This document shows positions 1 through 10,023 of a stretch of DNA of 64,000 nt, piece after piece (position 1 is the stretch's first letter; the number at the start of each line of letters is the position of its first letter). The stretch comes from Candidatus Peribacteria bacterium (GTDB lineage Bacteria > Patescibacteriota > Gracilibacteria > Peribacterales > Peribacteraceae): positions 56,057 through 120,056 of the forward strand of contig VGKY01000001.1 of assembly GCA_016866875.1 (NCBI GenBank), read 5' to 3'. The notes under the pieces were generated by a model. The model was not told the DNA's origin. It was given only the letters and a program-made list of their open reading frames with translations, and searched no databases. Position numbers and translations under genes: made by a program.

Positions 1-673
1 GATCCCTCCCGTGGAAGCGCACGGTGTCCTTCGGGTCGATGTCGTAGCGCATCTGCAGCCGATGCAGCAGCCACTGGAGGCTTCGCATTTGCGCTTGCCG
101 GGGGAGCTCCAGATCAAAGTTCCCCATGAGGGCAATGCCCACGGTACCAATGTTGCCGCAGTAGACATGGCCGCCTATGACGTAATCACCACCTGCCTTC
201 CCTTCGAAGATCCTGCCGTCCGGTCCGATGACGTAGTGGTAGCCGATATCCCCCCAGCCCTTGCCGTTGGCATGCATCTCGTAGAGTGATCGCATCTTCT
301 CTTCTGAGGAGCGGTCATCGCCTTCGTTGAGGATCGCCGTATGGTGCAGGACCAGAAGTCTGACGTCGTTCCCGTACTGCAGTGGCCAGCGGTAGCTGCG
401 GTCGCCCTTCTTGCGGATGGTGCGCGATACGGAGAATTCCTCAGGGTACAGCCGATGTGCTTCCTCACATTCCTTCTGTCTTTGGGGAATGGTGTCTGGT
501 TCGGATGTCTTGTCATTGGCCGTGTTGGCTACCGCTGATGTCGTCTCGCCGTTCACATAGAGAAACGTCTCGTCAGCTCCCCATGCACTTCGTCCGACGA
601 TCCGGTAGGGCTCTGCAGCGAATACATTAAGAGGTAGCAGCAGAAGTATCCCGATGATCCCAAGCGCGTGCAC
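1..673 (-). CDS. N-acetylmuramoyl-L-alanine amidase (amidase_2/PGRP type), C-terminus cut by window edge
   Basis: Own minus-strand translation; absent from the ORF track because it runs off the window. GTG at 673 follows an in-frame TAG. Signal-like ALGIIGILLLLPLNVFA, then LVLHHTA...GWGDIGYHYVIGPDGRIFEGK...GNIGTVGIALMGNF. Confidence 0.8.
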   Translation of the reverse strand, partial: MHALGIIGILLLLPLNVFAAEPYRIVGRSAWGADETFLYVNGETTSAVANTANDKTSEPDTIPQRQKECEEAHRLYPEEFSVSRTIRKKGDRSYRWPLQYGNDVRLLVLHHTAILNEGDDRSSEEKMRSLYEMHANGKGWGDIGYHYVIGPDGRIFEGKAGGDYVIGGHVYCGNIGTVGIALMGNFDLELPRQAQMRSLQWLLHRLQMRYDIDPKDTVRFHGRD

Positions 674-742
674 CGGAGCATCCTACTGGTTTGCCGTTCC
701 ATTTCCCAAACCGTACTTGCCCGAATGGAAGGCGGGAATGTT

Positions 743-1855
743 TCATGGGCTACTCTCCATGGTCTGGATCACGCGCTCGTAGCCTTCCACCATCTTCTCC
801 ATGCCAAAGAGGCGCTCTGCGGTTTTCCGCCCTTCTCTGCCGATCATTTCCCTCTTTGCATCATGCGCCATGAGCGAAGTGATGGCTGCACGTAGCGCCT
901 GAGGGTCGTCTGCAGGCACCACAATCGCATCGGATTCACTCTTCACATACCCCGCGATCCCGCAGGCATCGGTGACGATGACAGGGATGCCACAGAGCAT
1001 CGCTTCGCCCGCTACGAGGCCAAAGGGATCATGCTCGCGAGAAGGAAGGACGAAGATGTCGAGGGACGCGTAGAAGTCGTGGAGATTCTCTCTGTAGGGC
1101 AAGAGCGAACAAGCTTGTAGCTTTCGGCTTTCCGCTTTCAGTTTTTGCTCCTCGGGGCCGGTGCCAACGATGGTCAGGGAGACATCTTCCAGGCCTTTTA
1201 CTGCTTCGATGAGCACGTCCACACCTTTGTCCCAAGAAAGACGCGCAATCGTGCCGACACGAAATTCTACCTTCTGGTTCCCATCTTCTGCGTTCCGATT
1301 TCCACTCAGTCTTGAGACATCAATGCCGTTTGGTATGGCGATGACATTGGCAAATCCCAGTCGTTCGTAGATTGCTTTACTCAATTCCGACACCACAATG
1401 GTCGTGGCATATCTGCTCAATTTCCGTAATCGGGGAAGCCAAGGATTTTTCGTGAGCCAGCAGCCGACGCGGTCGTGTTCTACCCAAATCACAGTGATGC
1501 CCTGAGCGTGGAGATAGGGAGTGAGGAGAAGTTTTTCTGTGAGACTGAGCATCACCACAGCATCCGGATGGAATGAAGAATGGAGAATGGAGAATGATGC
1601 ATGCAACTTCCGTCTCATAGAACATTGTTCCCATAAAAAACTCAGAGCACGCCACTTGGTCACTGGCGGAGATCCAATTTTCAAACGTACAGCTGAAAGC
1701 TGAAAGCTGAAAGCTTCTCGTAAAAGCACCGGGCAACTCCCCAGAAACATCACCTCATGACCACGCTCCTGAAGGCCGCGCATGAGCGCGAGCGTTTGTA
1801 CTTCGGCGCCGCCCATGCGGCTTTCGAGGGGGAAGCGGGTGAAGAGGATGCGCAC
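743..1855 (-). CDS. Glycosyltransferase family 4 (GT-B fold)
   Basis: 370-aa ORF. C-terminal GT4 signature SREHDPFGLVAGEAMLCGIPVIVTD. N-terminal MRILFTRFPLESRMGGAEVQ is typical of GT4. Confidence 0.85.
   Translation of the reverse strand: MRILFTRFPLESRMGGAEVQTLALMRGLQERGHEVMFLGSCPVLLREAFSFQLSAVRLKIGSPPVTKWRALSFLWEQCSMRRKLHASFSILHSSFHPDAVVMLSLTEKLLLTPYLHAQGITVIWVEHDRVGCWLTKNPWLPRLRKLSRYATTIVVSELSKAIYERLGFANVIAIPNGIDVSRLSGNRNAEDGNQKVEFRVGTIARLSWDKGVDVLIEAVKGLEDVSLTIVGTGPEEQKLKAESRKLQACSLLPYRENLHDFYASLDIFVLPSREHDPFGLVAGEAMLCGIPVIVTDACGIAGYVKSESDAIVVPADDPQALRAAITSLMAHDAKREMIGREGRKTAERLFGMEKMVEGYERVIQTMESSP
1567..1598. repeat. GAATGGA heptamer array inside the GT4 CDS
   Basis: ggatggaatgaagaatggagaatggagaatgatg, read in frame on the minus strand as SFSILHSSFH. 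Confidence 0.85.
1691..1715. repeat. AGCTGAA heptamer array (3.5 units) inside the GT4 CDS
   Basis: agctgaaagctgaaagctgaaagct, read in frame on the minus strand as AFSFQLSA. Confidence 0.9.
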
Positions 1856-1903
1856 GACGTATATCGTATTTCGTAGATCGTATTTCGTATATGTGATCTG
1901 CGG

Positions 1904-2290
1904 TCATTTGTCGCGCCATTGATCGATCAGCTCTGAAATTGTCCTTTCCACATCATCACGTTGGTACGCGGTGCAGATGCAGGCCTCTGCTCCCGCCTGC
2001 TTGGCCTCTGCAAAGCACGTCGCGCTATCCATGGATGTGATGAGTGCGATGCGTGCTTGCGGACTCTTCTCTCGAAGAGAGCGCATGACCGCGGGACCAT
2101 TTTCCGAGGGGATGTTGTAATCGATGAAGGCGAAGGCGATATCCGGATGCTCGTTGATGAGATTGTTCGCCTCTTCCGTTGAGTACGCGACAAGGAGCTC
2201 TACATTCCAGTGGCTATGACGAAGCAGTCCCTGCAGAAGCATCTGCTTGCCCTCAGAGTCGTCCGCGATGAGAAATTTGGGGCGCGCCAT
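1904..2290 (-). CDS. Single-domain response regulator (CheY-like receiver)
   Basis: 128 aa. FLIADDSE acidic pocket, FIDYNIP phospho-acceptor Asp context, ALITSMD. No output domain. Confidence 0.8.
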   Translation of the reverse strand: MARPKFLIADDSEGKQMLLQGLLRHSHWNVELLVAYSTEEANNLINEHPDIAFAFIDYNIPSENGPAVMRSLREKSPQARIALITSMDSATCFAEAKQAGAEACICTAYQRDDVERTISELIDQWRDK

Positions 2291-2313
2291 GATGGTTCCT
2301 ATTGTATATCCCT

Positions 2314-2337
2314 AGCGGAGATTCATGAATCTCCGCT
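2314..2337. repeat. Perfect 24-nt palindrome AGCGGAGATTCATGAATCTCCGCT (dispersed hairpin family)
   Basis: Lies between two co-directional minus-strand genes. Related copies at 44519, 44552 and 49568. Confidence 0.85.
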
Positions 2338-2357
2338 GCGGCTCTCCTCTACAGGTA

Positions 2358-2771
2358 TTACGCCTTTGCCAACTTCCGCAAAAATCCCCCAATCTCTTTG
2401 AGCGAACACTTCTTGGCGTTCACTTCGTGATCGAAGCTATGGCCCTCCCATTCCTGCTCCACCCCAAGGCGCACGCAGACGAGATCCGAGGGGAACTCCT
2501 CCTGCACAGTTTCGAGCATCGTAGCGCTGGGACAGGTAATGAGCACAGGACATTCTCCCGCTTTGCGCGCGTCGCGCACGCACTCGCAGGCGACAATGGT
2601 ATTGAAGGCCGTCTGGAAGTCGTCCGCTGTCGCTTGTTCGGGATCGTAGATGTCCTCGAGTGCGAGGTGCTTCCAGTTCGGATGATCTCCGAGGAAGCTC
2701 TCAGCGAGGAGGCCGCGTGCGGTGTCCGATGCTCCGGCGAGGAGGAGAAGCATGTGCAGTATGATTAACAT
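2358..2771 (-). CDS. Hypothetical protein
   Basis: 137-aa ORF in the same orientation as the response regulator. No motif recognised. Confidence 0.45.
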   Translation of the reverse strand: MLIILHMLLLLAGASDTARGLLAESFLGDHPNWKHLALEDIYDPEQATADDFQTAFNTIVACECVRDARKAGECPVLITCPSATMLETVQEEFPSDLVCVRLGVEQEWEGHSFDHEVNAKKCSLKEIGGFLRKLAKA

Positions 2772-3492
2772 ATCATTATATCATGATTGCTGATGCCAGT
2801 GAAGTCTTGCCGATGGCTTCGGAAAGCCAACGCCACTGCTGCCACAGGGATTCCATGCCGACCATCGAAGCATCGCCGCCGCAGCGGTTTGAGGATCTTC
2901 CCGATGAAGCGCAGCGGAGGGTCTTGAGCGCGATCATGGAGATGCGCGAGTACTGTTCGTTTGATCGCATGAAGGATCTCCTAGCGCAGTTGTAGGGGAC
3001 GTGGAGCGCAGTCGACAAGCAAACGAGGCTAACCGGATGAACGCGGCTATATGCTTCTCCATTCTTCTTGATTCCTAGATCTCCTTGTTGCTGGGTTGCT
3101 ATCCCACCAGCTGCATCGTGGGGGGCACATGGGTGATGTGGATCACGCTGTGATTAGTCACCTTGGCCATGCATGAAGTACCAATCTGCTCCATACTTCT
3201 TTACTAGCTTCTGAACGGCACTCATTGTTACCCGTTGGTGGGATGCGACCATGGGAAGTGTCGAAGATTGTTGCGTGGATTCGGGATGTTCTATAGCTCG
3301 TTCCAAGACATTGGGCGCATCACTTGAGTGAGGAGTATCGAGCATGGGCGCACACTCTGGTGCATATGTTTATCTTATGCAAGTAAGTTTTCCTGCTCTG
3401 TTCTTGCGCTTCACAAAGTCCTGAGCGTCGTCCTTCATCAGATCTACACACAAAACACTTCGATCTTCATGACAGTGTTACACACTGTAAAG

Positions 3493-4800
3493 TTAGCCGA
3501 TGCTCTTCTGTCCTCCCATGTATGGTCGCAGCACCTCGGGCACCGTCACGCTGCCATCCTTGTTCTGGTAGATCTCGAGAATCGGGATCAGGATTCTCGG
3601 TGAAGCAATGCAGGTGTTATTGAGAGTGTGCACGAATTTCTTTTCACCGGACGGGGTTACGTACTTGATATTCAGGCGCCTTGCCTGGAAGTCCCCGAGG
3701 TAGCTACAGCTGTGGGTCTCGCCGTAGGCTTCTCGGCTTGGCATCCAAGTCTCGATATCCTGCATGAAGACCTTACCCTTGCCCATGTCCCCGGTGCACA
3801 CGTCCATGACGCGGTAAGGGAGCTCTAGGGCAGCGAGTATGTCCTCGGCGTTCTTCCGGATTTCCTCGAAGAGTTCGAGTGCTGTATTGATATTCGCTTC
3901 GCACAGAACCACTTGCTCCACTTTCTCAAACTGGTGCACGCGATAAAGACCTTTCGTGTCTTTGCCGTATGTCCCCGCCTCCCTGCGAAAACACGTGCTG
4001 TAACCGGCGTAGCGTTTTGGGAGATCTGCTTTCGTGAGCACTTCGTCTTTATGAAAACTGCAAACGGTGACTTCGGAAGTTCCAATCAGGTGCAATCCAT
4101 CCGGCTCGATCGCTCCTCCAGATTGCTCCTGCCCTCCGACGGCATAGATATTCGCCTGGTCGGCACCGGGAAAGAATCCCGTGCCCACAAAACAGGCTTC
4201 GTTTGCAAGAAGCGGCGGAGCGAAGAGCGTCCAGCCTTTTGCTACAAGTGCGTCGATCGTGAAGCGCAGCACCGCTTGATGGAGCCGCGCGCCGTCCCCT
4301 TTCAGGAAGTAGCTTCTGGCGCCGGAGACTTTTGCGCCACGGGGAATATCAATGATGTTCAATGCTTCACCGAGCGTCACATGGTCTTTCGGTGATGTCA
4401 CCCTGAGCGTAGTCGAAGGGTCTTTTCCGACGCGCTTGCTCTCCACATTATCCTTATCACTTTTCCCGACGGGAGCTGTATCAAGTGGGATCGATGGCAG
4501 CATGTATTGCATCGCCTTCCATTCGGATTCCAGGACGCTGAGTTGCTCCTCTCCCCCCTTCACGGTGGCACTAAGGGCTTTCATCTCCGAGAGAGCCGCG
4601 GCTTTCTCTTCTCCCTTGAGAGTAGGCATTTTCTTGTTCGCAGCATTTTGCGTACTGCGCTTCTCGTCGAGTTCCTTCTGCAGCCCCCTGCGCTTCTCGT
4701 CGAGTTTCAGAAATGCTGCCACATCGATAGCGATGTTCTTGTTCTTCGCGGCCGCCTGATAGGCCTCTGGCCGCTTGCGGAGATCATCCAAGTCAATCAT
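3493..4800 (-). CDS. serS: Seryl-tRNA synthetase
   Basis: 435 aa. N-terminal coiled-coil arm (MIDLDDLRKRPE...) and class II core (FRREAGTYGKDTKGLYRVHQFEKVEQ, GETHSCSYLGDFQARRL). Confidence 0.95.
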   Translation of the reverse strand: MIDLDDLRKRPEAYQAAAKNKNIAIDVAAFLKLDEKRRGLQKELDEKRSTQNAANKKMPTLKGEEKAAALSEMKALSATVKGGEEQLSVLESEWKAMQYMLPSIPLDTAPVGKSDKDNVESKRVGKDPSTTLRVTSPKDHVTLGEALNIIDIPRGAKVSGARSYFLKGDGARLHQAVLRFTIDALVAKGWTLFAPPLLANEACFVGTGFFPGADQANIYAVGGQEQSGGAIEPDGLHLIGTSEVTVCSFHKDEVLTKADLPKRYAGYSTCFRREAGTYGKDTKGLYRVHQFEKVEQVVLCEANINTALELFEEIRKNAEDILAALELPYRVMDVCTGDMGKGKVFMQDIETWMPSREAYGETHSCSYLGDFQARRLNIKYVTPSGEKKFVHTLNNTCIASPRILIPILEIYQNKDGSVTVPEVLRPYMGGQKSIG

Positions 4801-4872
4801 AAGAATGCGGGTAGTACTTCTTTGGCCTTTAGACGAGCCCTGAGTATCATCGAGGGGCGGAGATCATCCGGG

Positions 4873-5469
4873 TCAATCATGGCGCGAGTATACGGCCCTG
4901 GTTTCTCCTGCGCTACGTCGTTGGACCTGCCGCCTCGTCGCAGGCATTCCTGTATTATCCTCGTCATCAGTGGGGTATGCGCGGAAGATTTCGGGGCGGC
5001 CTACAAATTCCCGCTTGGCATCTTTGTGCATCTGATACAGTCCGTCACCACACTTCGTTGTAAACATCTCAAACCAGTGCCAGTGCTTGACTTCCTCGCC
5101 GGGATTGAGAAGGTAGAGCGTGGTATTCGGCTTGTCGGTGAACTTTCCAAGCTCGCCGAATGTCCCCTCATTGGCCATGATGACATTGGTCAGGTCAACA
5201 GCGATGGTGCGGACATTGCGCCTGAGCATGCCGTTGAGTTCCGTGCGCAGTCTAGACTGATCAGACCCGGTCCATGCCGTAGGCTTTTCTGCCTTGCGCG
5301 GCCGCACGATAGGGATGGAAAGTACTTTTCCTGCCTCATTGCGCAAAGCATACACATCGTTTTCGATCTCTTGTGATCCATTAGCATCTCCTTCCATTTC
5401 GATTGCCTGAAGTTCCGCGGCCGATGGCAACTCGTCATCTTCTTCGTCAAAATAATCCGCACGATTCAT
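4873..5469 (-). CDS. Hypothetical protein (acidic N-terminus)
   Basis: 198-aa ORF. The segment IAVDLTNVIMANEGTFGEL is faintly STAS-like, but no family is assigned. Confidence 0.5.
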   Translation of the reverse strand: MNRADYFDEEDDELPSAAELQAIEMEGDANGSQEIENDVYALRNEAGKVLSIPIVRPRKAEKPTAWTGSDQSRLRTELNGMLRRNVRTIAVDLTNVIMANEGTFGELGKFTDKPNTTLYLLNPGEEVKHWHWFEMFTTKCGDGLYQMHKDAKREFVGRPEIFRAYPTDDEDNTGMPATRRQVQRRSAGETRAVYSRHD

Positions 5470-5572
5470 ATAGGTAAATGTAAAATAAATTAATAATTAG
5501 TCAATGATTTGTCTTAGACTATTTGACTGATTCCTAAGAACGATGAGAGCTGGGTGTGTACAATCTCCAAAC

Positions 5573-7561
5573 ATGCCCAAAGATCAGCCCTTCAAGCTCG
5601 TCGCCCCATGGAAACCTACCGGTGACCAGCCTGCGGCCATCGAACAATTGCTGCGCGGTGTCGCTGCAGGCCAGCGCCACCAGTCGCTGCTTGGAGCCAC
5701 CGGCACGGGAAAGACCTTCACCATGGCCAATATCGTCGCTGAACTCAATCGCCCGACGCTGGTGCTTGCACACAACAAGACCTTGGCGGCGCAGCTCTGC
5801 AACGAGTTCCAGACGTTCTTTCCCGAGAATGCCATCTCGTACTTCGTCTCGTACTACGACTACTACCAGCCGGAGGCCTACATCCCCAGTAGCGACACCT
5901 ACATCGAGAAGGATGCGAGTATCAACGAGGAGATCGAGAAGTTCCGGCACGCCGCAACCATGAACTTGCTCACGCGCAGAGACGTTCTCATCGTCGCCTC
6001 GGTCAGCTGCATCTACGGTCTTGGTGATGTCGAGAGTTACGAAGCGCTCGCCATCCACCTAGAGCGCGGCATGCCGATCCAGCGCGACAAGCTCATACGC
6101 CGCCTCATCGATATCCAGTACCGCCGAAGCTCCATGCAGTTTAAGCAGGGCATGGTGCACGTGCTCGGCGACACCATCGAGGTCTTTCCTCCGGGCGGCG
6201 ACACGGTGATCCGCATGGAGATGCCCTTCGACGAGATCGAAACTATCCAGGAAGTCGATAGCTTCACCGGAGAGCTCATTGCCGATCTGCAGCAGGTCAG
6301 CATCTTCCCCGCGTCGCACAACGTCACCACCAAGGAGAAGATCGATGCCGCTTGCGGTGGCATCAAGGCGGAGCTTGAGGTGCATGAGAAAGAACTTCTC
6401 AAGATGGGCGAGCTTGCGAAGGCCGAGCGGCTGCGGCAGCGCACGGACTACGACATCGAGATGCTCAAGGAGACAGGCTACTGCACGGGCATCGAAAACT
6501 ATGTGCGCTACCTCAACAACAACGGAGAGGAAGGGCGGCCGCCATCCACTCTCCTCGACTACTTCCCCAAGGATTTCCTCCTCTTCGTCGACGAGTCTCA
6601 CATTTCCATTCCTCAGGTTGGCGGTATGTACGAGGGAAACCGTTCGCGCAAGCAGACCCTCATCGACTTCGGGTTCCGCCTCCCCTCTTCGCACGACAAT
6701 CGCCCGCTGAAGTTCCCGGAGTTCGAGCAGCGCTTGAACCAGTGCATCTACGTCTCGGCGACGCCAGGACCGTACGAGTACAAGCATACGCCCAAGGAGT
6801 GGCTCTCCGAGCAGATCATCCGCCCCACAGGACTACTCGATCCGGTGGTCACGGTGAAACCGACGAAGAACCAGATCGACGATATCGCCGCGGAGATCGA
6901 TGCCACGAAGAAGCGCGGAGAGCGCGTGCTCATCACCACGCTCACCAAGAAGATGGCCGAGGACATGACGCAGTTCTTCGCCGATCGCGACGAGCGCGTG
7001 CGCTACCTCCACAGCGACATCGAGACCCTCGAACGCATCGAGATCCTCCGCCAGCTCAGGACCGGCGAGATCGACATCCTCGTAGGCATCAACTTGCTCC
7101 GCGAAGGTCTCGATCTCCCCGAGGTCAGCTTCATTGCCATCCTCGATGCCGACAAGCAGGGATTTTTGCGCTCGCGGGATGCACTCATCCAGACCATCGG
7201 CCGAGCGGCGAGAAATGTCCACGGTCACGTGACGCTGTATGCCGACAAAGAAACCGTGGCGATGCGCGCGGCACTCGATGAGACGGAGCGGCGCCGTAGC
7301 GTGCAGCAGGCCTACAACATCAAGCACGGCATCACCCCGAAGAGTATCGAGAAGGCCGTGCACGACATTGCCGAGGAGCACCGGAAGCTGGAGTTGCGGC
7401 GTCCGAAGCGCGATCCCCAGAAAATTCCCCGTGACGAGCTCAAGCGGCTCATCGAGCAGCTCGAGAACCAGATGGCGCTCGCCGCGGAAAACCTGGAGTT
7501 TGAGAAGGCTGCGGATCTGCGAGATGAGATTGAACTGCTGAATCGGCAGTACAAAAAATAA
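5573..7561 (+). CDS. uvrB: Excinuclease ABC subunit B
   Basis: Start chosen at MPKDQPFKLVAPWKPTGDQP. Walker A GATGTGKT, DESH box (FVDESHISIPQ) and C-terminal UVR motif (LEFEKAADLRDEI). Confidence 0.95.
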   Translation: MPKDQPFKLVAPWKPTGDQPAAIEQLLRGVAAGQRHQSLLGATGTGKTFTMANIVAELNRPTLVLAHNKTLAAQLCNEFQTFFPENAISYFVSYYDYYQPEAYIPSSDTYIEKDASINEEIEKFRHAATMNLLTRRDVLIVASVSCIYGLGDVESYEALAIHLERGMPIQRDKLIRRLIDIQYRRSSMQFKQGMVHVLGDTIEVFPPGGDTVIRMEMPFDEIETIQEVDSFTGELIADLQQVSIFPASHNVTTKEKIDAACGGIKAELEVHEKELLKMGELAKAERLRQRTDYDIEMLKETGYCTGIENYVRYLNNNGEEGRPPSTLLDYFPKDFLLFVDESHISIPQVGGMYEGNRSRKQTLIDFGFRLPSSHDNRPLKFPEFEQRLNQCIYVSATPGPYEYKHTPKEWLSEQIIRPTGLLDPVVTVKPTKNQIDDIAAEIDATKKRGERVLITTLTKKMAEDMTQFFADRDERVRYLHSDIETLERIEILRQLRTGEIDILVGINLLREGLDLPEVSFIAILDADKQGFLRSRDALIQTIGRAARNVHGHVTLYADKETVAMRAALDETERRRSVQQAYNIKHGITPKSIEKAVHDIAEEHRKLELRRPKRDPQKIPRDELKRLIEQLENQMALAAENLEFEKAADLRDEIELLNRQYKK

Positions 7562-7569
7562 TCAAAAAA

Positions 7570-7592
7570 GCCGCGCCCCGGGGGGACGCGGC
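7570..7592. terminator. GC-rich hairpin between convergent genes
   Basis: aaaaaaGCCGCGCCCCGGGGGGACGCGGCtctgatgttttt, with an A-tract upstream and a T-run downstream. Sits between the uvrB stop and the stop of the 7608..7913 gene. Confidence 0.55.
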
Positions 7593-7607
7593 TCTGATGT
7601 TTTTCGG

Positions 7608-7913
7608 TTAGTCGCTTTCCTGATAGCGGATGCCATCGCGTGCAGCACCGATACAGCGTGTGCGGCGCTGACCCGAAAGGTGGTCACATGCATCCGTCTC
7701 CTCGTTTTGCGCTGGAGCGGCGGCATGGCGACTTTCGTAGGTGCTCTGGCCATCGCCCTTGTAGAGGTCGCGCTTTTGGAAGATCTCGCGGTAGTTGTCC
7801 TGATCCGTATAACGGTAGGAAATCACCTGTGTGGAGTACTGCGCTCCTGCGCCAATAATGGTGCCTGCAAGGACGCCGGCAAGCGCGGCAATAATCGTCT
7901 GACGATTCTTCAT
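7608..7913 (-). CDS. Small membrane-anchored hypothetical protein
   Basis: 101 aa. N-terminal Gly/Ala-rich hydrophobic segment IIAALAGVLAGTIIGAGA. Confidence 0.5.
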   Translation of the reverse strand: MKNRQTIIAALAGVLAGTIIGAGAQYSTQVISYRYTDQDNYREIFQKRDLYKGDGQSTYESRHAAAPAQNEETDACDHLSGQRRTRCIGAARDGIRYQESD

Positions 7914-8058
7914 ACTGAGTGTGAGGAAGTGGATATTAGTGATATTATAACATATATATAGAATAAAACAAATAGTAGGACTTTCCCGAAAACTGGCTAT
8001 TGACTCCTATATAGTAAATGTTACTATAATTGCCATTTTGTCAAATTATACTATTAAT

Positions 8059-8490
8059 ATGCGTTCTACGATCAGTCTCTTCTCAGCCATCGCCTTCGCC
8101 CTCGTTTGTACCGTTCCGGCTGCCGAGGCGTCCTATGATGTTCATCCGTGGGAGTTCCGTCAGCGCCGCCCTATAGAGCGCAGGACGCTTGCTACAGACT
8201 ACGCGGATCTGGAGGAGTACTACGACCAAAGCCCGCACAGGTCGAGCACGCATGCCTTGCACCCTCTCAACCGTCGCCGCTACTACAATCTTCGTCCCTA
8301 CATCTACGTGGGCGAGCGCGGCATCCACGGGTTGCTGCCGCTCAACAAAATCTACGAGTACAATCGCGATACGCACCGCCGGTCGAGAATCGAGATTGGC
8401 GGCCCTGCAAAAGGGAGCGAGTGCCTCAACTACTCCTTCAATCGCCCCAACTACCGGGTTCCTCCGTTTGGGTACAAGTGTCAGGATTAG
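8059..8490 (+). CDS. Secreted Arg/Tyr-rich hypothetical protein
   Basis: ORF 8038..8490. Internal ATG at 8059 gives the signal peptide MRSTISLFSAIAFALVCTVPAAEA. A TTGACT/TATAAT-like pair lies at 8000-8030. Confidence 0.5.
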   Translation: MRSTISLFSAIAFALVCTVPAAEASYDVHPWEFRQRRPIERRTLATDYADLEEYYDQSPHRSSTHALHPLNRRRYYNLRPYIYVGERGIHGLLPLNKIYEYNRDTHRRSRIEIGGPAKGSECLNYSFNRPNYRVPPFGYKCQD

Positions 8491-8499
8491 TATCAGTCT

Positions 8500-8802
8500 A
8501 TGACTGAACTTTCTCACAATAACGATCAGGAGAGAAAGGCTGAGGATGCCCAGATCGGCCCTCTCATCGTTCGTCTCGCCGAGGAGAAGGGTCTTGATCT
8601 TGAGAAAGCAGCCAACCTTAGTCCGGAATATGTTGGCGGCATGAGAGATGGGAAGCGTGAGCTCTCCAACTGGGCCATCGTTCGCTGTGCACGTGTACTG
8701 GAATTATCCAATGTGCCCGCTATAGGAGTTCAGGGACCCGAGCTCAGTGTTGCTGTAGCGCGAATACGCAGCTATCTATTGCAGCTTCTCGATAGCAAAT
8801 AA
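8500..8802 (+). CDS. XRE-like helix-turn-helix protein
   Basis: 100 aa, starting 9 nt after the preceding stop. LAEEKGLDLEKAANLSPEYVGGMRDGKRELSNWAIVRCARVLEL fits an HTH_3 pattern. Confidence 0.5.
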   Translation: MTELSHNNDQERKAEDAQIGPLIVRLAEEKGLDLEKAANLSPEYVGGMRDGKRELSNWAIVRCARVLELSNVPAIGVQGPELSVAVARIRSYLLQLLDSK

Positions 8803-8805
8803 CAA

Positions 8806-9711
8806 TTACTCAAAGATCTTCACAGCTTCTCTGAACCCTTCCGGTGTCCCCGTATCGAGACGGATGCCTTCGCAGTGCACGCCGTGGACAGGTGTTGTGG
8901 AAAGTGAGGCGATGAGCGCATCGATAAGACGGATTTCCCCACCTTCACCATTCGAGACCTTCGGAAGTACTGCAAAGACGGATTGAGGGATCAGGTATCG
9001 TCCAACAATTCCTAGCGTTGATGGCGCGGATTCCGGCTTCGGTTTTTCCACCATGCCCTTGAGCTTCATTACGCGTTCATCTTTGGGGTGGCGCGTATCT
9101 ACCGTCACGATGCCGTAGCGGTGCGTGTGTTCCTGTGGGATATCCTGCAACGCAACATAGGCTCCATGATCGTCACCGGTGAGCTTCGCGGCATCTCGGA
9201 GCTGCTCCAGACCCGAACGCTTTCCCAAAAACAAATCATCACCAAACAAGATGGCCACTGTCGGAGACTTTGCCCAACCGACGGCTTGCAAGATGGCGTG
9301 TCCGTCGCCGAGCTGCTGATCTTGGTACACCACGTGAAACTTCACCTCGTCGTAGCGCTTGAGCTGTTCGAGGAAGTGGCTCTTGCCTCTGCGCTTGAGC
9401 TCCGCTTCGAGTGCAGGGTCCTGGTAGAAGTACTGCGGGATCGCTTCCTTGCCGCGGCTGATCACAAAGCAGATTTCGCGGATCCCCACACTCAGGCATT
9501 CATCCACAAGATGCGCGATGATCGGCTGATTCCCGAGAGGCAACAATTCCTTCGGAACGGCCTTGGTCCAAGGCAAAAAACGGGTTCCGAGGCCGGCAAC
9601 GGGAAGGATGGCCTGCGTGAGTTGCACGGGCTGAGCATAAGGCACTCGTTTGACTCTTTCCACTAAATCCCCTACAATGGTGGGAAATTTACACCCAAAT
9701 CTCATGTCCAA
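8806..9711 (-). CDS. galU: UTP--glucose-1-phosphate uridylyltransferase
   Basis: AILPVAGLGTRFLPWTKAVPKELLPL and VEKP motifs. The true start may be the internal GTG near 9645. Confidence 0.9.
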   Translation of the reverse strand: MDMRFGCKFPTIVGDLVERVKRVPYAQPVQLTQAILPVAGLGTRFLPWTKAVPKELLPLGNQPIIAHLVDECLSVGIREICFVISRGKEAIPQYFYQDPALEAELKRRGKSHFLEQLKRYDEVKFHVVYQDQQLGDGHAILQAVGWAKSPTVAILFGDDLFLGKRSGLEQLRDAAKLTGDDHGAYVALQDIPQEHTHRYGIVTVDTRHPKDERVMKLKGMVEKPKPESAPSTLGIVGRYLIPQSVFAVLPKVSNGEGGEIRLIDALIASLSTTPVHGVHCEGIRLDTGTPEGFREAVKIFE

Positions 9712-10009
9712 AGCCGAATCCGCTCTGTCGAAGGTCCAGACCCTCTATGTCCTTCAGGTACAGCTCTGGAATGTCCTTGATGCGAAGGCGCTCACGCCCG
9801 AGCAACGCCTTGAGGCGCGCAAGCACCTTAAAGAGTTCGGTTCCCTTCTCCGCAAAGCCGATTGGCACATCATGGGAGGCGAGGATGTCTATACTGCGTT
9901 GAAGCAAATGGAAAAAGAGGTTGCTCGGAAGCTCAAGTCGCGCGGCGCGATCTCCAAGAAGCCTTCCATCCGTTCGCGTGCGATGAAGGCAGGGAAGAAG
10001 AGACGCTGA
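9704..10009 (+). CDS. Hypothetical basic protein
   Basis: ORF 9650..10009. The ATG at 9704 avoids overlap with galU. No family recognised. Confidence 0.4.
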   Translation: MSKAESALSKVQTLYVLQVQLWNVLDAKALTPEQRLEARKHLKEFGSLLRKADWHIMGGEDVYTALKQMEKEVARKLKSRGAISKKPSIRSRAMKAGKKRR

Positions 10010-10023
10010 GCCGAGAGCCCTAG

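Noticed and set aside
2776-3345. Small ORFs (2783..2995 plus strand, 2776..3018 minus strand, 3154..3345 minus strand) in a low-density stretch.
   Set aside because: No motifs or RBS were recognised and the ORFs overlap each other on opposite strands. Left unannotated rather than guessed.
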